Source of the DNA: Candidatus Thorarchaeota archaeon
Lineage (GTDB): Archaea; Asgardarchaeota; Thorarchaeia; Thorarchaeales; Thorarchaeaceae
Length of the DNA: 64,000 nt
Assembly: GCA_016933575.1 (NCBI GenBank)
Contig: JAFGAR010000004.1
Coordinates: 1 to 64,000 of the forward strand
Reading direction: 5' to 3'
Position 1 is the first letter of the stretch. Each line of letters begins with the position of its first letter. Made by a program: the position numbers and the translations under genes. Below, piece after piece: positions 37,837 to 48,407 of this stretch. The notes beneath the pieces were generated by a model that searched no databases, was not told the origin of the DNA, and saw nothing but the letters and a program-made list of their open reading frames with translations.

Positions 37837-38898
37837 TCACCAGATTGTGATCATTCGTCTAATTGCTTCAGCAGTCTCGCCTCTTTCAATCCCAACAGCA
37901 ATAGAGCGTATGTTACGAATCTCGTATTGCTTGAGACTAAAGAATCCAATGATTGTACCCAAATGGAATGGAAAGGCAGTCATAAGTAGTTTGACCCTCT
38001 GAGCAATAAAGTCTTCAATTGCTAATTCAACATTTGCTAGGTCATTTGACTCTTCATAGAGTCTTGTGAGTCGACCTGCAAGTTGAGCAAACCGAGTGGA
38101 ATCTAACTTCGCAAGGACTTCTCTCCATGTCGTCGTGTTCTTTATCGCCTCTGTGAGATCTCGTGCTCGCGAATATCGTATGAGTGAGAGCTCAAGAGCG
38201 CGGGAGTCCAGATGGAGCAATGTTGCGCGTAGTCCTGTTAGGATGTTCTTGAGAATCACCCTAGAGTCGAGGATATCAAATACTCGCTCCCGTTCTCGAT
38301 CCGAGAACCCTTTGAGAGCGTCGAGTACTTTTCGCAGGTACCACTCTTCGATAGCAACCTCAAGAGGTGCTGTCGAATCGAATTCTTGGTACATTGGAAG
38401 ACGTGTAAGAAGTGATACTTTAAGATCCCATAGTGGGATGAGGTCAATCATCTTACTTACAGAATCTGAATCTACAAAGGTCTGGAAAAGAGCTGCCTCA
38501 CTGGGAGACCTCGCAACTGAGAATCTCAATATCTCATCCTTCTCGAGACCGACGTGTAGACCCCTCATTATCGATTTGATGCTCTCTACTAGGAACACGT
38601 CCAGATAGGTATCTGTGAACTCACGTACCTTTCCAGTCAGGGATTTAGATAGATTCGATGTTACATCAGCAAAATCATGAGAGAGAATGAGGGCAAGCTC
38701 GTCTGGGTCCGGAACCGCACTCTGTGCATGCTTTGTAATGATAGATCCATAGTACGTTCCAGATAGGATTTTGATGAAGTCTTGATAGCTATTTACTTGA
38801 AGCAGACTCTCATATGTTCCAATGCTCAGGAATCGAGACTTCAGACCTCGAATCCTTGCATTGACAAAGCCATATTCGTTTGCTGCTCTTATGCTCAT
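37837..38898 (-). CDS. atpC: A/V-type ATP synthase subunit C (d)
   Basis: YGFVNARIRGLKSRFL and KQYEIRNIRSIAVG motifs. Confidence 0.92.
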   Translation of the reverse strand: MSIRAANEYGFVNARIRGLKSRFLSIGTYESLLQVNSYQDFIKILSGTYYGSIITKHAQSAVPDPDELALILSHDFADVTSNLSKSLTGKVREFTDTYLDVFLVESIKSIMRGLHVGLEKDEILRFSVARSPSEAALFQTFVDSDSVSKMIDLIPLWDLKVSLLTRLPMYQEFDSTAPLEVAIEEWYLRKVLDALKGFSDRERERVFDILDSRVILKNILTGLRATLLHLDSRALELSLIRYSRARDLTEAIKNTTTWREVLAKLDSTRFAQLAGRLTRLYEESNDLANVELAIEDFIAQRVKLLMTAFPFHLGTIIGFFSLKQYEIRNIRSIAVGIERGETAEAIRRMITIW

Positions 38899-39031
38899 CC
38901 CAATGATTCCTGCCTATTCTCAATCTGATGAATACTGATGTGGAAACCTTGAAGGCCCGATATAAAAGTGACGAAGGCGCAAAACACCCTTTGTTTAGAA
39001 GAATTCAAATAACGAACTGCCTTCAATAGCA

Positions 39032-39625
39032 GTGGTCATTATGACAGATAGCGGAGCGCCAGTTCACAAGTCCGAAGATTACATCAATCTTGGAAGTCTA
39101 TTCAGAAGCTCTGCAACGATAACTTTTGTCGTTCAGATAGTAGCAGTCATTGTTATGCTAGGGTCACTTGCCGGCTATTTAGTTGGTAATGTATTCCTAT
39201 CTCTTACGGTGGAATTTCAGATACTTGCACTTCTTCTTGCCAGCATCGTGGCACTCATTATCTTTTTAGCTGCGATCAGTGCCTTCGTCAGATTCTCACG
39301 ACGAATAGGAGATGCAGTTGTCGGTCCAGGAGTCGAAGAAGTACGAATGGATACACCACGGGTCAAGACGGTCGTGATCCTCTATGGATTACTTGTTGCA
39401 CTCATGGCTGTTACTGGGATCTATACATGGTATCTCATTGATACAAATTACCTCGTTGCATGGGCCGTAACCTACAACTCGATTTCACTGCGTGTATTTG
39501 GACTCGCAATGGGTGCATTCATCATTGCGTTACTCATCCAGATAATCATTGCAGGAGTTGGAAGAAGCGCAACTAAGGTCATCATCGAAGTTCTTGATGC
39601 AGATGATTCTGAGTTTTTAGACTAG
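39032..39625 (+). CDS. Hypothetical four-TM membrane protein
   Basis: Two similar helical hairpins; divergent from atpC. Confidence 0.7.
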   Translation: MVIMTDSGAPVHKSEDYINLGSLFRSSATITFVVQIVAVIVMLGSLAGYLVGNVFLSLTVEFQILALLLASIVALIIFLAAISAFVRFSRRIGDAVVGPGVEEVRMDTPRVKTVVILYGLLVALMAVTGIYTWYLIDTNYLVAWAVTYNSISLRVFGLAMGAFIIALLIQIIIAGVGRSATKVIIEVLDADDSEFLD

Positions 39626-39626
39626 T

Positions 39627-39944
39627 TCACTCGGAGGTCTCGTCATCCAAATCGAAGACGACATCCTCCAATATCTCATCCAATGGCGGCATGTACGTAG
39701 GACGATTCTTTCGTTCTACTTCTGCTCGTTCTAGATAATTCACCGTCCGATAGGTCCCATACACACCTAGAAAGAATCCGAAGATTGCTCCGAGAATAGC
39801 TCCCCAAGTCGCTCCCGAGCTCCCGGATATGGACTGCCCTACAATCTGCCCTACTAACAGAAGTGCAATGACTGAGCATGGAATCTCAGAAGCAATTGCT
39901 ATCCACGGACCTATGCCTCCAAAGCCAGTATCGGACTCGTTCAT
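39627..39944 (-). CDS. AtpZ/AtpI (ATPase gene1)-like two-TM protein
   Basis: ASEIPCSV...VGQIVG and GAILGAIFGFFLGVY fit the AtpZ family pattern; next to ATP synthase genes. Confidence 0.55.
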   Translation of the reverse strand: MNESDTGFGGIGPWIAIASEIPCSVIALLLVGQIVGQSISGSSGATWGAILGAIFGFFLGVYGTYRTVNYLERAEVERKNRPTYMPPLDEILEDVVFDLDDETSE

Positions 39945-40050
39945 AATCCTATAGGAAACAGAGCCCTCGAATATTCATTGTGGTACGAATGAAGTGCACC
40001 TTGGTCAATGTTTTTGTGGACACTTTGCATCCTAGAGGTGAGGTTTCGCA

Positions 40051-41343
40051 GTGGAAATAGCTATTACATATGGTGATGGCAGACTCAAGCTCAAGATTCC
40101 AGAGGAGAATCTCGCAGGAATCATTCAGCCAAAACAAGTAGCACCTAAATCGAATACATTGGCTGAATTGGAGCGGGTACTAGACAATCCCCATGGACCA
40201 AGATTGAGTGACCTAACGAGGAGCAAGAGTGTTTGTGTTCTTGTAGAGGACCATACTCGTGACGAGCCACATTGGGATCTCATCACATCAGTTGTGCCTC
40301 GGTTGAGAGATGCCAGCAAGGTCCAATTCATCGTTACCACAGGGTCGCATGAAGTCAATCATCCAAACAACCTTGAGATTGTTGAGATGATAAAGCGAGC
40401 CGCACAGGACTCACATCTGCGAGACTACGACGTCATCATTCATGACTGCCACGCACCAGATATGGTTGATCTTGGAAAGACTAGTCGAGGAACACCAGTC
40501 ATCATCAACAAGGTCGCTGCAGAGCATGATGTGTATGTAAGTCTTTCAGACATGAAAGCACATTATTTTGCAGGTTATTCGAATGTTGTGAAGAACTTCT
40601 TACCCGGAGTCTGCGCTTTTGTCTCTATTGAAGCGAACCATGCAATGGCACTTGACCCAAGGTCAACATTTGGCCTACATCCATTTCATCCAGATGAAAA
40701 GAGAAGAGAAAATCCGCTAGCTGAGGATATGAAAGAGGCGATGGAAATCATTGCAGGTAATGCAGAGATATTCCTACTTGCAGTCATCACTAACAGTGGG
40801 AAGCTTGTATGGGCAGACGCAGGCCAGATTGAATCTGTGACTGCGGGAGCCATCGAGATTTTAGATGAGACCTCTAGTTTCACAGTGACTCCGCAAGAGC
40901 GTATTATCGTTTCACCAGGAGGCTATCCCCAAGACAAGAGTCTCTATCATGCACAACGTGCAATTGAACTGACAAAGAATGCAGTATCTAGAGGAGGAGA
41001 GATTCTCTTTCTAGCAGAATGTAGAGATGGAGTTGCTCCAGAATCTGCAATAGAGAACTTCTATAACAAACTCACAGCTCCACTCGATAAGGTAATTGGT
41101 TCGATAAGCAATCAGTATCATCTCTATGAGCATAAGGCATACAAGTTTGCGGAGCTTCTCAAGGCAGTGTCAAAGATCTGGATGTATACTGAATTGGATA
41201 CTAGAACGGTGGAAGCCGTCCATCTCAAGAAGACCAAAGATCCCCAAGCAGTTGTAGATCGTTGGATTGCTGAGAATCCGAATGTCAGGATACTTGTCCT
41301 CGACAAAGGCAATAAGATTGCAGTCTATGCAGATTCCAACTAG
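40051..41343 (+). CDS. larA: LarA-family nickel-pincer racemase/epimerase
   Basis: EDHTR, TGSH, HYFAGYS...KNFLPGV, NH, GGYPQDKSLYHAQR, AECRDG. Confidence 0.85.
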   Translation: MEIAITYGDGRLKLKIPEENLAGIIQPKQVAPKSNTLAELERVLDNPHGPRLSDLTRSKSVCVLVEDHTRDEPHWDLITSVVPRLRDASKVQFIVTTGSHEVNHPNNLEIVEMIKRAAQDSHLRDYDVIIHDCHAPDMVDLGKTSRGTPVIINKVAAEHDVYVSLSDMKAHYFAGYSNVVKNFLPGVCAFVSIEANHAMALDPRSTFGLHPFHPDEKRRENPLAEDMKEAMEIIAGNAEIFLLAVITNSGKLVWADAGQIESVTAGAIEILDETSSFTVTPQERIIVSPGGYPQDKSLYHAQRAIELTKNAVSRGGEILFLAECRDGVAPESAIENFYNKLTAPLDKVIGSISNQYHLYEHKAYKFAELLKAVSKIWMYTELDTRTVEAVHLKKTKDPQAVVDRWIAENPNVRILVLDKGNKIAVYADSN

Positions 41344-42860
41344 AGATCATCCATCCGTATCTTTGAGATTGCTTCATAGAGACCTTTGAAGGTCTCGAAT
41401 CCTTTCTTATAGACCTGGAGGGTTTCAGCACGAGGTTCTAGAGGCGGTCTTGTTTTGACCATCTCTTCAGCCGCCTTTGCCACAGATTTGAATACATTCA
41501 CACCTTTGAATGCTAGGATGGCAGCACCTACAGCTGTTGCTTCTTCCATTTGAGTTCGGACCACAGGTATTCGAAGAATGTCTGCTTGTATCTGCATCCA
41601 AGTTTCACTTCTTGCAGCGCCCCCGGTTACACGAACTTGCTTCACCGGTATCCCCAATTCTCGCATAACATCAATATTGGTTCGTATCTCATATGCAACA
41701 CCTTCAAGAATTGCACGCATCAGATGAGCTCGTGTATGACCCAGCGCAAGACCTGCAAAGATGCCTCGTGCGTGAGGATTCCAGTTTGGTGCTCCAGCGC
41801 CAACAAAATGTGGAATGTGAATCACACCTTCAGAACCAGCTGGCACATCCTTTGCACAGTCAGTGATGACATCGTATGGATCAGCTCCAGTCTCGTCGGC
41901 TATCGCCAGCTCCTCACTTCCTAGATTGTCGCGGAACCATCGTAGGGCAGAACCAGTTGTAAACATGCTTGCTTCTATGACAAAGGCATTTGGTACTACA
42001 TGACGACTGCAGAGCACTCTCCTGGCAGGGTCATGTCTCACAGTGTTTGAATACGCCAGAATGAAGGTCCCTGTTCCAGTTGTAGATTTAATCATGCCCT
42101 CACGAACAACTCCAACACCAAGCGCTGCACATTGCTGGTCACCGCCGCCTGCAATAATGGGAATCCCAGCCTTTAGACCAGTGTCCTTTGCAGCTTTTTC
42201 AGTCAACGTACCCACGTGAGTTCCGGGTTCCACTGGTGAAGGTAGCTTCTCCCTTGTGATATCCAGTGTGTTCATCATCACATCGGACCAGTCTGCAGTC
42301 CTAATATCAAAGAGCAGAGTTCTACTGGCGTTTGAGAAATCAGTGATTAGTTCTCCGGATAGACGATAAATGAGGTAATCGTGAACTAGAAGGAATTTGT
42401 GGGTCTTCTCAAAGATTGACTTCTCCTTCTCTTTTATCCAAAGAATCTTTGGTGCTGTGAAGTATGGGTCCACCGTGAGACCGGTTATCGAATAGACCTG
42501 AGCTGGTGGAGTCTCCTTCTTAATGAACTCGCATTGAGGGACCGTGCGACGATCCTGCCATACAATAGCGTTTCTTAGGGATTTTCCATTTTCATCTATG
42601 GGAACCACGGTTTCCCGTTGATTTGTCACACTTATGCTGATCACGTGTTCAGGACTGATGTTTGATTGAGTGATACATCGTTGAATAGTCTTGCAGGCCT
42701 TCTCCCACCAACTCTCTGAACGTTGTTCCACCCACGAAGGATTAGGGTAGAGTGACTCGAATTCCTCGTAAGCTTTTGCTGCGACCTTTCCAGATTTCTC
42801 AAAGAACATTGCTCGAACGCCAGTGGTTCCAGCGTCGATAGCTAAGACGAGTTCAGTCAT
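41340..42860 (-). CDS. FGGY-family carbohydrate kinase
   Basis: LAIDAGTT, TNQRET, AIVWQDRR, SNASRT, GGGDQQ, GGAARS; likely start 42860. Confidence 0.9.
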   Translation of the reverse strand: MTELVLAIDAGTTGVRAMFFEKSGKVAAKAYEEFESLYPNPSWVEQRSESWWEKACKTIQRCITQSNISPEHVISISVTNQRETVVPIDENGKSLRNAIVWQDRRTVPQCEFIKKETPPAQVYSITGLTVDPYFTAPKILWIKEKEKSIFEKTHKFLLVHDYLIYRLSGELITDFSNASRTLLFDIRTADWSDVMMNTLDITREKLPSPVEPGTHVGTLTEKAAKDTGLKAGIPIIAGGGDQQCAALGVGVVREGMIKSTTGTGTFILAYSNTVRHDPARRVLCSRHVVPNAFVIEASMFTTGSALRWFRDNLGSEELAIADETGADPYDVITDCAKDVPAGSEGVIHIPHFVGAGAPNWNPHARGIFAGLALGHTRAHLMRAILEGVAYEIRTNIDVMRELGIPVKQVRVTGGAARSETWMQIQADILRIPVVRTQMEEATAVGAAILAFKGVNVFKSVAKAAEEMVKTRPPLEPRAETLQVYKKGFETFKGLYEAISKIRMDDL

Positions 42861-42915
42861 AGAAACCACATGATGAAAGAACAGAACTTCCACGATATGA
42901 AGGCTTCGAGAATTG

Positions 42916-43203
42916 TTATCGATAGCTCAATTCGGAATCTATGACCTCGTAGATATCACGTCTTGGACCAATACAGGCCATCTTGAACGGGTAATCCTTC
43001 TTCAGACGATTCTCAAGCTGCATAGCTTCACTATGTGACTCACATTCTTTGATATACACAACATAGACGGGCCTGTGAGCCCGAAGATAGGTTGCTGACC
43101 GGGCACTGTTGGACACATGCTCTGTAAATCGACGGGCCAAGTCATTGGTCATCCCTGTGTAATAGGTTCCATCCTCAGTTTCTATTATGTAGACAAAATA
43201 CAT
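42916..43203 (-). CDS. GIY-YIG nuclease family protein (UPF0213-like)
   Basis: FVYII...YYTGMTNDLARRFTEH...AMQLE. Confidence 0.85.
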   Translation of the reverse strand: MYFVYIIETEDGTYYTGMTNDLARRFTEHVSNSARSATYLRAHRPVYVVYIKECESHSEAMQLENRLKKDYPFKMACIGPRRDIYEVIDSELSYR

Positions 43204-43276
43204 GTTCGAGTCACTCTACTACAATCCAATGATGAGTAATGGCCACTTACCAATCTTTTCATAGATACTCCCATGC

Positions 43277-44830
43277 TCAAGGAGTGAGTGCCGCATGTAT
43301 TGCTGAGAGAAAGTCCCCATTCAGAAGGGCAGTACCAGCATCTACAGCGAGATTGAAGATGGGACCCGGAAAGATACCAATGATAATCAATGCAAGAGCC
43401 AACATTCCCATACCGATGAGCATAGAGGGATTGGACCTGTGGGCATTCTCTGCAACTGGCGAGACCGGACTGAACCATACTACTGACAACATTCTAAGAT
43501 AATAGCCGAGTGCAAGAAGGGCATTGAACACTGCAACTATTGTAAACAGAAGGTAGTAGTCCCCTGCCTGAACACCAGCCAAGAGGATTAGAAACTTAGA
43601 ATAGAATCCTGCAAATGGTGGCATACCCATTAGGGAGAGGACACCAATGGCAAAGAAAGCACCAACAATGGGCATTCTCTTACCAATACCACGCAGGTCC
43701 TCTAGATTCCTTGTACCAACTGCGTGTAGAAATGCTCCAGCACAGAGGAACAATAGGCCCTTTGTTAACGCATGAACGATGATATAGAAGATACCACTCT
43801 GATATCCAAGTTCAGTTGCGGCACCGAAGGCAAACAGGATGAATCCAATCTGTGTGATAGAGCTATATGCTAGCATTCGTTTTAGATCGGTCTGTGTGAG
43901 AGCATAGAAGTTACCAGCAGTCATGGTCACGATAGCAAAGATACCTAGGAGAAGAGGCCAGTTGATTGTGATTGGAGAGAACAGAGACACGTTCATTCTG
44001 ACGATTCCGTAGACTCCAACTTTGATGACTACTCCTGAGAGCATAGCGCTTATTCCACTTGGAGCTGCAGGGTGTGCATCAGCAAGCCAAGCTGCGAATG
44101 GAACGACAGCTCCTTTCACACCAAATCCAGCGGTCATGAGTGCAACAAGAATTGGAAGCAGCGGGTTATTGGATCCTGCAAGAGCTGTTGCCATGGCAGA
44201 GAGATTGAGGGTGCCGGTCAGACCATAGAGGTAGCTTGCTGAGAATAGTATAAGCGTGGAACCAATGGCAGACATCATGAGGTACTTGATAGCGGCCTCA
44301 ATACCTTCCCAATTCCTTCTGAAAGCAACAAGAACAAAGCTGCAAAGTCCCATTATCTCATAGAAGATAAAGAGAGTAAAGAGGTCACCAGCAATGACCA
44401 CGCCATTCATGGCACCAACCATGAGCAGTAAGAGAACATAGTATTGGGTAAGCCCACTGTCTTCACTCATATATCCAATAGAGTAGATGCTCACAACCAG
44501 CCCAAGGAATGTGAAGAGACCCATGAGCACGACAGAAAATGCATCCGCGGCAAGGATAACGCCAAGCTGAGTAGTTGAGGTCTCTCCAGCGGCAGACCAG
44601 AAGAAACTTGTCGCACCACTAGCCCATACCTCCTGCCCTAGGAAGAAGACATAGAGAAAGGTGACTGCGAAACCAACAGTAGCAATGATAGCAGGGACTA
44701 CTCGGGTCTCCCTCTTTGTAATGAGAAGGCTAAGAGCTGCCAACACAGCTGTAAGTACTCCGAAGGCAATTGGTAGAAGCACTGGCATGACAGTACTATA
44801 TTCCGGGATGATTAGAAAATCAAGTTGCAT
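43277..44830 (-). CDS. Antiporter-like complex I subunit (NuoN/MrpD-like)
   Basis: DLFTLFIFYE, EAAIKY, WLADAHPAAP, KRMLAYSSI, GMPPFAGFYSK. Confidence 0.85.
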   Translation of the reverse strand: MQLDFLIIPEYSTVMPVLLPIAFGVLTAVLAALSLLITKRETRVVPAIIATVGFAVTFLYVFFLGQEVWASGATSFFWSAAGETSTTQLGVILAADAFSVVLMGLFTFLGLVVSIYSIGYMSEDSGLTQYYVLLLLMVGAMNGVVIAGDLFTLFIFYEIMGLCSFVLVAFRRNWEGIEAAIKYLMMSAIGSTLILFSASYLYGLTGTLNLSAMATALAGSNNPLLPILVALMTAGFGVKGAVVPFAAWLADAHPAAPSGISAMLSGVVIKVGVYGIVRMNVSLFSPITINWPLLLGIFAIVTMTAGNFYALTQTDLKRMLAYSSITQIGFILFAFGAATELGYQSGIFYIIVHALTKGLLFLCAGAFLHAVGTRNLEDLRGIGKRMPIVGAFFAIGVLSLMGMPPFAGFYSKFLILLAGVQAGDYYLLFTIVAVFNALLALGYYLRMLSVVWFSPVSPVAENAHRSNPSMLIGMGMLALALIIIGIFPGPIFNLAVDAGTALLNGDFLSAIHAALTP

Positions 44831-44834
44831 TTGG

Positions 44835-46388
44835 TTAGCCTCCTAGAACTCCAGTAATCAAGTCCAGTGCAGGACTTACCCATCGCCATAGAAGCCATGG
44901 ATAGATTCCTATTACCACAACGAAGAGGACCAAGACGACTCCAATGAAAAGGATCATTCGCGGTGGATCGTTCACATTCTCTAGTTCTTGCAGTACGGGG
45001 CCATAGAATATTCTACGGACCGCCCAGAGATAGTAAGCAGCTGTCAATCCGGTGGCGACAACAGCAATCACTGTAAGAGCGACTAGAGCGAGAACACCAC
45101 TACTTATTGCGAGTTCTGCAACGCCAGCAAAGATCATCCATTCACCTGCAAATGCAGAGAGAGGAGGAGTACCAGCAAGCGCAAGGGACCCGATGATAGC
45201 AATGGTAGCTAGATAGGGCATCTTTGGTCCAAGACCGCCCAACTTATCAAATTCCATTGTTCCAGTCCTTAGCTTGATTGCACCAGCACAGAAGAACATG
45301 AGACTCGCAAGGACTCCATGATTGATGAGCTGGAATGCTGCGCCGTTCACACCAATCACGGTCATTGATGAATAGCCCAGCATGAGATAGCCAAGTTGAC
45401 TGATACTTGAGTATGCCAGCATCATCTTGAGATCCTTCTGTGAGATGGCCAGCATAGCACCATAGAACATGGTGATGATTGAGATGACCATCAGTCCGGT
45501 CGAATACGCACTGAGAGCTGTCCCAAAGAGTGGAATGACAATACGAATCACACCATAGGCGGCTGTCTTTGTCATTGCCCCACTAAGCAGAACAAGGACA
45601 GGCATTGGAGCCTCTCCATAAACAGGAGGAGCCCATACATGCAAGGGAACAAGACCGAGCTTGATGCCAAATCCGAGTAGAAATATCAGACCGATGAGCT
45701 TTGCAACCTCTGTGGCAATGCCAGATGTTGAGAGATATGCCAGAGTGGTAGGACTGGTCTGAGTGACATACTCCATTGTTCCAGTCTGGCTGAAGATGAT
45801 GAATACTGCAACCAGAGAAATGAGTCCGCCCACAGCAGTCCATACCCAGAACTGCAATGCATTTCTAGAACGTTTCTCAGGGTCTTCAGACACTCCATAG
45901 AGATAGACCAGAATGAATGCAGGGATAAGCATGAGCTCATAGAATAGGAAGAACTGCATGAGGTTGGTTGCATAGATGACCCCGACCATGGCTGCAATGA
46001 ACCAGACTAGTAATGAGTAGTATACGCCAGGATTCTTGAGGTCCTTCATATACGAGAATGAGAACAGGGTTGAAAAGAAACCAAGTCCAGTGATAAGGAG
46101 GACTACGGGAACACTTAGTCCATCAGCAAGAAAGCCAAGAGTGAGGATTGGTGTCGTATCAATGGCCAACCAGACATAACTCTGGAAGATAAAGGCTCCA
46201 TGTTGAACTTGTATGAGCAAAATGACATTGAGAAGGATAGCGCCTGCAAGAGAAATGGCTGCCATGAGTTGCCCAACCTTCTCAGAACGTTGTCCAGTAA
46301 TCAGAGTGAGAAGACCTCCGATAATGAGGACAAGGAGTGTCAGTTCCATTGATGAGTTAGCAATAGTTGCGATATCGAGTCCTTGCAT
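44835..46388 (-). CDS. nuoM: Complex I subunit M-like
   Basis: FFLFYELMLIP, IKLGLVPLHVW, LAYSSISQ, NHG, GTPPLSAFAGE. Confidence 0.85.
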   Translation of the reverse strand: MQGLDIATIANSSMELTLLVLIIGGLLTLITGQRSEKVGQLMAAISLAGAILLNVILLIQVQHGAFIFQSYVWLAIDTTPILTLGFLADGLSVPVVLLITGLGFFSTLFSFSYMKDLKNPGVYYSLLVWFIAAMVGVIYATNLMQFFLFYELMLIPAFILVYLYGVSEDPEKRSRNALQFWVWTAVGGLISLVAVFIIFSQTGTMEYVTQTSPTTLAYLSTSGIATEVAKLIGLIFLLGFGIKLGLVPLHVWAPPVYGEAPMPVLVLLSGAMTKTAAYGVIRIVIPLFGTALSAYSTGLMVISIITMFYGAMLAISQKDLKMMLAYSSISQLGYLMLGYSSMTVIGVNGAAFQLINHGVLASLMFFCAGAIKLRTGTMEFDKLGGLGPKMPYLATIAIIGSLALAGTPPLSAFAGEWMIFAGVAELAISSGVLALVALTVIAVVATGLTAAYYLWAVRRIFYGPVLQELENVNDPPRMILFIGVVLVLFVVVIGIYPWLLWRWVSPALDLITGVLGG

Positions 46389-46400
46389 TTCTTTAGCCTC

Positions 46401-48407
46401 CTACATATAGATCAGAATCAAGAGAAACGCGATGATGCCAATCATCATGCCCAACACATTGGTATTGAGCACACCAGTCATGGTGCGTCGCCAACCCTTT
46501 GACAGGGAGTCCATGCCGCCACTGAGTGCACCACTAAATGCAATCAGAGCAGTCTCAACACGGTTCTTTAACCCGTTACTTAACCAGAGATAACCATCAA
46601 CAAAAATCCGGTTCCAGAGGGCGTTGATGTACCAGCGATTGATGAGGAACTTGTAGATACTGCCTTCCTTGAGGCTGGAGAAATCACGACCATTCTTCCA
46701 GTAGATCCAATATGCTGGACCGATACCAATAGTCCAGACAATTATTGTGAGAATGGTAGTGAGACCAAAGCCCCATGGAACAATATGAGTCCATTCCAAG
46801 ATCTCTAGACTGACTGCACCAAAGGTGTTGAAGAAGCCAAGCTCGAATAGTCCTCCAACGAGTGCAAGACCTGCAAGAATGGTGAGAGGAATGGTCATGG
46901 TGGGTGGAGCCTCGTGGATGTGATGCCCGTGAGCCTCTAGTTCCTTGATATGAGTGGATTTCTCACCATGGAATGTCTGATACACCATCCGGAATGTGTA
47001 GAATGCTGTCAGAATCGCTGTAAGGAAGGCCATCCCAAAGAGTAAGTAGTCGCCACCATGCCAGAGTGCCTCGAAGATCAGTTCCTTCGACCAAAAGCCC
47101 ACAAAGGGAAATACTCCAGCTAGTGACAACGCACCAAAGGTGAATGCCCACCGTGTGATCTTCATATCGTTCTTAATGCCGCCCATCTCACTCATCCGTT
47201 TGGTCTGTGTGGCATGAAGGACTGCACCAGCAGCAAGGAAGAGGAGTGCTTTGAATATGGCATGAGCCATGAGGTGGAATGCACCAGCCGCATAGGCAGC
47301 GGCACTCTCAGCAACAAGACCGGAGGCACCGAAGGCCATGAACATGTACCCGAGCTGGGATACTGTTGAATAGGCAAGGACCTTCTTGATCTCATCCTGG
47401 ACAAGAGCCATTGTCGCAGCCATGAAGGCTGTGAATGCGCCAATCCAGGCCACTGTCTGGAAGAAGATGATCATCCCATCAATGTGAACCATGACCTCCA
47501 AGAATATTGGAACGAGTCGTGCCACAAGATAGACACCAGCCTTCACCATTGCTGCTGCATGGATGAGAGCTGAAACCGTCGTGGGACCTGCCATAGCTTC
47601 AGGGAGCCAGATGTGCAGAGGGAACTGAGCACTCTTACCGATAGGTCCTGCAAAGAGGAGGATAGCAACGAGGGGGAGAAGGCTTGCTACAAGACTCACA
47701 TCTATTGGCCAACTATTGGTCTCAGCAAGATGAGTCAACTCCTGATAGTTAAAAGTTCCAGCAATGAAGAATGTAAGAAGCACACCCGCAAGAAGCCCAA
47801 TGTCACCTACTCGCGTGACCATGAAGGCCTTCATCCCACAGACTGCGTTATACTCACCCTCGGTCTCGTATTCAGGAACGGGGCTTGGGGTCTTCAGGTT
47901 ATGCCAGAAGCCAATCAAGGCGTAGCTGCACATACCTACAATTTCCCAACCAATGAAGGTCATGAGGAGGTTATCAGCGACCACGAGTAGGATCATGCCC
48001 GATACGAAGAGTTGCATGAAGAAGTAATAGCGAGTGAGGCTTGGGTCCTTGACAAGGTTGCCCTGTTCATCATGCCCAGTCATGTATCCAACACTGAAGA
48101 GAATAATAAGTGAACCAATTCCACCAGCGATGACAGCAAGAAGAACACTGAGTGGGTCAATGAGGACACCAAACTCGATGATTCCAGCCACTGCAACCCA
48201 GCGGAAGGGCTCAACTGCGAAGACCACAGGTGAAAGGACCATTGTGAGGAGCATATCGACAGCAATGAAGGCTGTGACAAATCCGATTAATACCGCCATG
48301 AGGTCTCGAAAGTTTCCATTGATTCTCGCAAAGATAGGAGTTAGAACTGCACCAAGGGCAGGGATCAGAAAGACAAGCCAGCCTGCGAGCTCGAGTGGTA
48401 AGATCAT
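46401..48407 (-). CDS. nuoL: Complex I subunit L-like
   Basis: GWEIVGMCSYALIGFW, GKSAQFPLHIWLPEAMAGPTTVSALIHAA, HAIFKALLFL. Confidence 0.92.
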   Translation of the reverse strand: MILPLELAGWLVFLIPALGAVLTPIFARINGNFRDLMAVLIGFVTAFIAVDMLLTMVLSPVVFAVEPFRWVAVAGIIEFGVLIDPLSVLLAVIAGGIGSLIILFSVGYMTGHDEQGNLVKDPSLTRYYFFMQLFVSGMILLVVADNLLMTFIGWEIVGMCSYALIGFWHNLKTPSPVPEYETEGEYNAVCGMKAFMVTRVGDIGLLAGVLLTFFIAGTFNYQELTHLAETNSWPIDVSLVASLLPLVAILLFAGPIGKSAQFPLHIWLPEAMAGPTTVSALIHAAAMVKAGVYLVARLVPIFLEVMVHIDGMIIFFQTVAWIGAFTAFMAATMALVQDEIKKVLAYSTVSQLGYMFMAFGASGLVAESAAAYAAGAFHLMAHAIFKALLFLAAGAVLHATQTKRMSEMGGIKNDMKITRWAFTFGALSLAGVFPFVGFWSKELIFEALWHGGDYLLFGMAFLTAILTAFYTFRMVYQTFHGEKSTHIKELEAHGHHIHEAPPTMTIPLTILAGLALVGGLFELGFFNTFGAVSLEILEWTHIVPWGFGLTTILTIIVWTIGIGPAYWIYWKNGRDFSSLKEGSIYKFLINRWYINALWNRIFVDGYLWLSNGLKNRVETALIAFSGALSGGMDSLSKGWRRTMTGVLNTNVLGMMIGIIAFLLILIYM

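Noticed and set aside
42916-43203. GIY-YIG protein as a homing endonuclease or mobile element
   Set aside because: Only 95 aa, stand-alone UPF0213 type, with no intron, intein or flanking repeats
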